Assembly: GCF_009914755.1 (NCBI RefSeq)
Contig: NC_060926.1
Strand: one strand, 5' to 3'
DNA length: 64,000 bases
DNA from: the human T2T-CHM13v2.0 reference genome, Homo sapiens
Shown here: positions 60,907 through 64,000 of the stretch, one piece after another
Position numbering within the stretch: the stretch's first letter is position 1
Layout of the letters: every line of letters begins with the position of its first letter
Made by a program: the position numbers and the translations under genes
Notes under the pieces: generated by a model
What the model was told of the DNA's origin: nothing
Database searches by the model: none
The model's input: only the letters and a program-made list of their open reading frames with translations

Positions 60907-62494
60907 CTACAAGTGCAAATGTAAAAGGATAATCACCAACATGTTAACAGTGGTTATCTCCACATGACAAGCTGGGCAAGTTTCATTTTTTTCTTTATAA
61001 TTTCTGTATTTCCAATTACATTGACATATGTTATTTTCATAATCACTCAAAATAATATTTAGCCCTCATTTTTTAATTAGAAATTTTACTGGCCTAAAAA
61101 TGTGCATTATTGGTCTGATATTTTAAAAAATCAGAGATCAGGATACCACTAAATGAACACATGACCAAATCACAACAAACAGCTTGATGTTTAGGTTCAG
61201 AAACCCATCCATACAGGTGTTTCTTGGTCCCTTAATTTAATCAGCAAGAATTCGTTAATTAGCACTCTTTCCAAAGGAAACCTGCATTTTATCATAAAGA
61301 TGGAACAAAACATCTGCGCTTCCATTGCCCAGGAGCATGTAATGTAGTGTGTCCAGGTAAGCTCAGAATCTGGCAAATTTATACACAGCCGGTACGTGCT
61401 GTAGCAAAGAAGTATTAACAGAAAGTCCAGGAGACCTGGTTCCATTCTGAGTTCAGGCCCCACCGAAAGGAACTCTGCCCTGGCCATGGTTACAGCATTT
61501 CCTTACAGGACCTTAGGACCAGAAGCAGCAGGAGAAAGAGGAGCAGAGTTTGAGGACAGGGCAAATGGAATCTCTCTGGGGGACAATCTGGGTAAAAATG
61601 GGTAAAGAAAATGCCCTCTGACCACAACCAAAATTACTAGGGAGAGCCCAGAAAATTGGGGAATGCCAGGAAATGAACTGAATGCCCCTTCCTCACCAGG
61701 GAATACTTGAGGATTTTTTAAATGCAGAGCCACAGACTGCTAAAAGCCAAGTTAGAGGGAGTAAAGGAATTTGCTCAGGGTCACACAAGTTGGCAAACAG
61801 GTGAGCTGAGATCAAAACTCAAGCAGGTGACTCCAAAGCCTGTATTTCTCCCCACTGTCGAAACACTACCTAATAAATGGAGAAGGTAGAGTCCGATTCA
61901 CCTCAATCTTCCAGCTCGATTCTGCCATGACACCATATGAAATACTGAAGGCTGCACGTTATCTATAGTATTACCCTTTGAGTATCCTAAATGCCAAAAT
62001 ACTAGAAGAAAACATGACTAAACAATATCCCAATCAAGTGTTTATAAGAAAACAAACAAACAAAAAAGAATGAAGAAGAAAGAATAAGAGAAGGAAACCA
62101 AGGCAGAGTTAAAAAGTGTAATTGATCTAACCAAAGTCATGCTTTAAGACCCTGTTATCAAGGCACAGAGGGGCCTCCAATTTGCACAGCATCAGGGGGC
62201 ATTGTTCATTGTTGTTCATCTCCCTTAGAGTTGTGCAAGCCTTACAAATTGGTAAATAAGTTGAAATGATGCAAGTGTGCATCATGGAATATTTCTCAAA
62301 CATTTGCTTATTCCAAGAACATTCCAAGACATAATTTTTCTTGTCGAGGTGCCTGCGGGAGGAAGTATTCCATGAGTTTGCTCCCAAAGTAGGGAAGTTG
62401 CCACTTCCAAAGCCATTTCATGCCACTTTGCTGCAGGTATTAAAGGAAGTCCCAAACTGACAAGAGTTCTCTCCATCAAGGACAAATGGCCAAG

Positions 62495-64000
62495 ATGTGA
62501 TTAGTGATGTTGAGCACCTTTTAACATACCTGTTGGCTATTTGTATGTCTTCTTTGGAAAAATGTTTATTCAGATCCTTTGTCCATTTTTTAGTTAGGTT
62601 ATTTGGTTTTTTTTGCAATTGAATTGTTTGAGTTGCTTATATATTTTGGATATTAACTTCTTATCAGTTATATGTTCTGCAAATATTTTCTCCCATTCAA
62701 TAGATTGTCTTTTCAATCTGTTGTTTCCTTTGCTATGCAGAATCTTTTTAGTTAAATTCAAACCCATTAGTCTGTTTTTGCTTTTGTTACAAATTATGTT
62801 GTGCTTATGCCAAATAATACATAATAATGCCAGAAAATACAATGGCGTTCTTGACTACCAATCCCACCCCACCATCACCATCACCACTGCCCTAATTTCA
62901 TTCCTGTCCCTGGAGGTTAACCACTATAATTTCTGGCATATACCTTTCTGGACATTTTTAAGTGTATTTAAAAGATATATGTATCCATAAATATATAATT
63001 ATATGGTTATATCTTTTACATGAATAGTGTCATGTCATACACATTTTTCTTCAACTTTCCTTATTTGTTTAAAAATCTGTCTTGGAAGTCTTTCAATGGC
63101 AGTACATACAGGCCTATTGCATTCCTTTTAACTGCTGTGTGGCTAATACTCCTGCATAGCCTGTGACATCAGAGTTTGTTTAACCGCTCCTTCGCTGCTT
63201 CCAATCTTTCACCGTAATAATACTGCAGAGTACTGCAGTAATGAATGTACTTGTATATAGAACTGTGGGCACATGTCCAAGTCTTTCTTTGGGACAAATG
63301 TCTATATATGGAACTGCTATAAATTATCACAGTTTCAGCAAAAATGATCATTCCTCCAAGGCCACACTTCTTCACACCCTCGCCAATCATCAATGAGAGT
63401 GTCTGTTTACCTAACCTTCACCAGCAGTGAACAGTGTTGGTGTTGCAATAAGTTCAGTGGGCAAAAATAGCACTTCACTGTTATAACTTTCATCTCCCTG
63501 AATATAGTGAGCTTGAGCAGTAATTTTTAAGTGTGTGTTTCATCTGCAGTCTCCTATATTTTATTCTACTACTTTGATAGGTTTATTTTTCTAATTAATT
63601 CCATGATCCACCTCGAGTTTAACTGCTGCGTATTTTGATATGAGGGATCACTTTAATCTGATTTTCTTTTCCAAATGGGCAGGCAGTAATCTCCCCATCA
63701 TTTATTGAAGATTCCCTTTCTTCTATCCTGATTTAAACTTTCACCAAAAATTTTTCTTAAGTCTCCATTTATCATGCATCACTTTCAGAACTCCCTATTC
63801 TCTTCCGCTGATCTACTGTGATGCCAAGAATTGTTTTAATAACTAAAACTTAATTGCCTATTTAATGTTTAATAGGGTGACATTGACTATTTTGCACATT
63901 TTCTTTTCCCAATGAGTTTCAGAACCAACTGGACATATTTCTCAAGAAAATTTCATTAGGATTTGTTTAGGTTTTCTTTTCTGACATTGTTGGACTTCTA
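62495..64000 (-). mobile_element. Old L1M fragments
   Basis: gatgttgagcacc..., [17 protein letters not shown] remnant, and more decayed L1ME sequence beyond. Confidence 0.7.

Noticed and set aside
62185-62205. CTCF-like motif gcatcagggggcat
   Set aside because: Only a partial match; not supportable without ChIP data.

Overview
Repeat-rich human genomic DNA; a human-specific AluYb8-type insertion supports the species call. The centrepiece is a full-length ~6.0 kb LINE-1 on the minus strand (27679-33711) with L1PA2 diagnostic bases, a 16-bp target-site duplication (TSD) and three open frames: ORF1 (338 aa), ORF2 (1275 aa) and antisense ORF0 (71 aa). It also carries private changes: RT-proximal Y707D, an altered YY1 site and a lost AATAAA. 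The rest is a mosaic of Alus, truncated L1s, MaLR/ERV solo LTRs, hAT DNA transposons, MIR/L2 and microsatellites, many nested with readable TSDs. I recognised no host protein-coding gene. However, an old ~240-bp local duplication (18.3 kb vs 25.8 kb) has an indel-free 101-nt exon-like core, and a chain of minus-strand splice-site-bounded segments ends in a poly(A)-signal/hairpin cluster at 12.5 kb. Together these suggest an unidentified spliced lncRNA or decayed gene. Subfamily names and boundaries of old repeats were judged by eye and are approximate.
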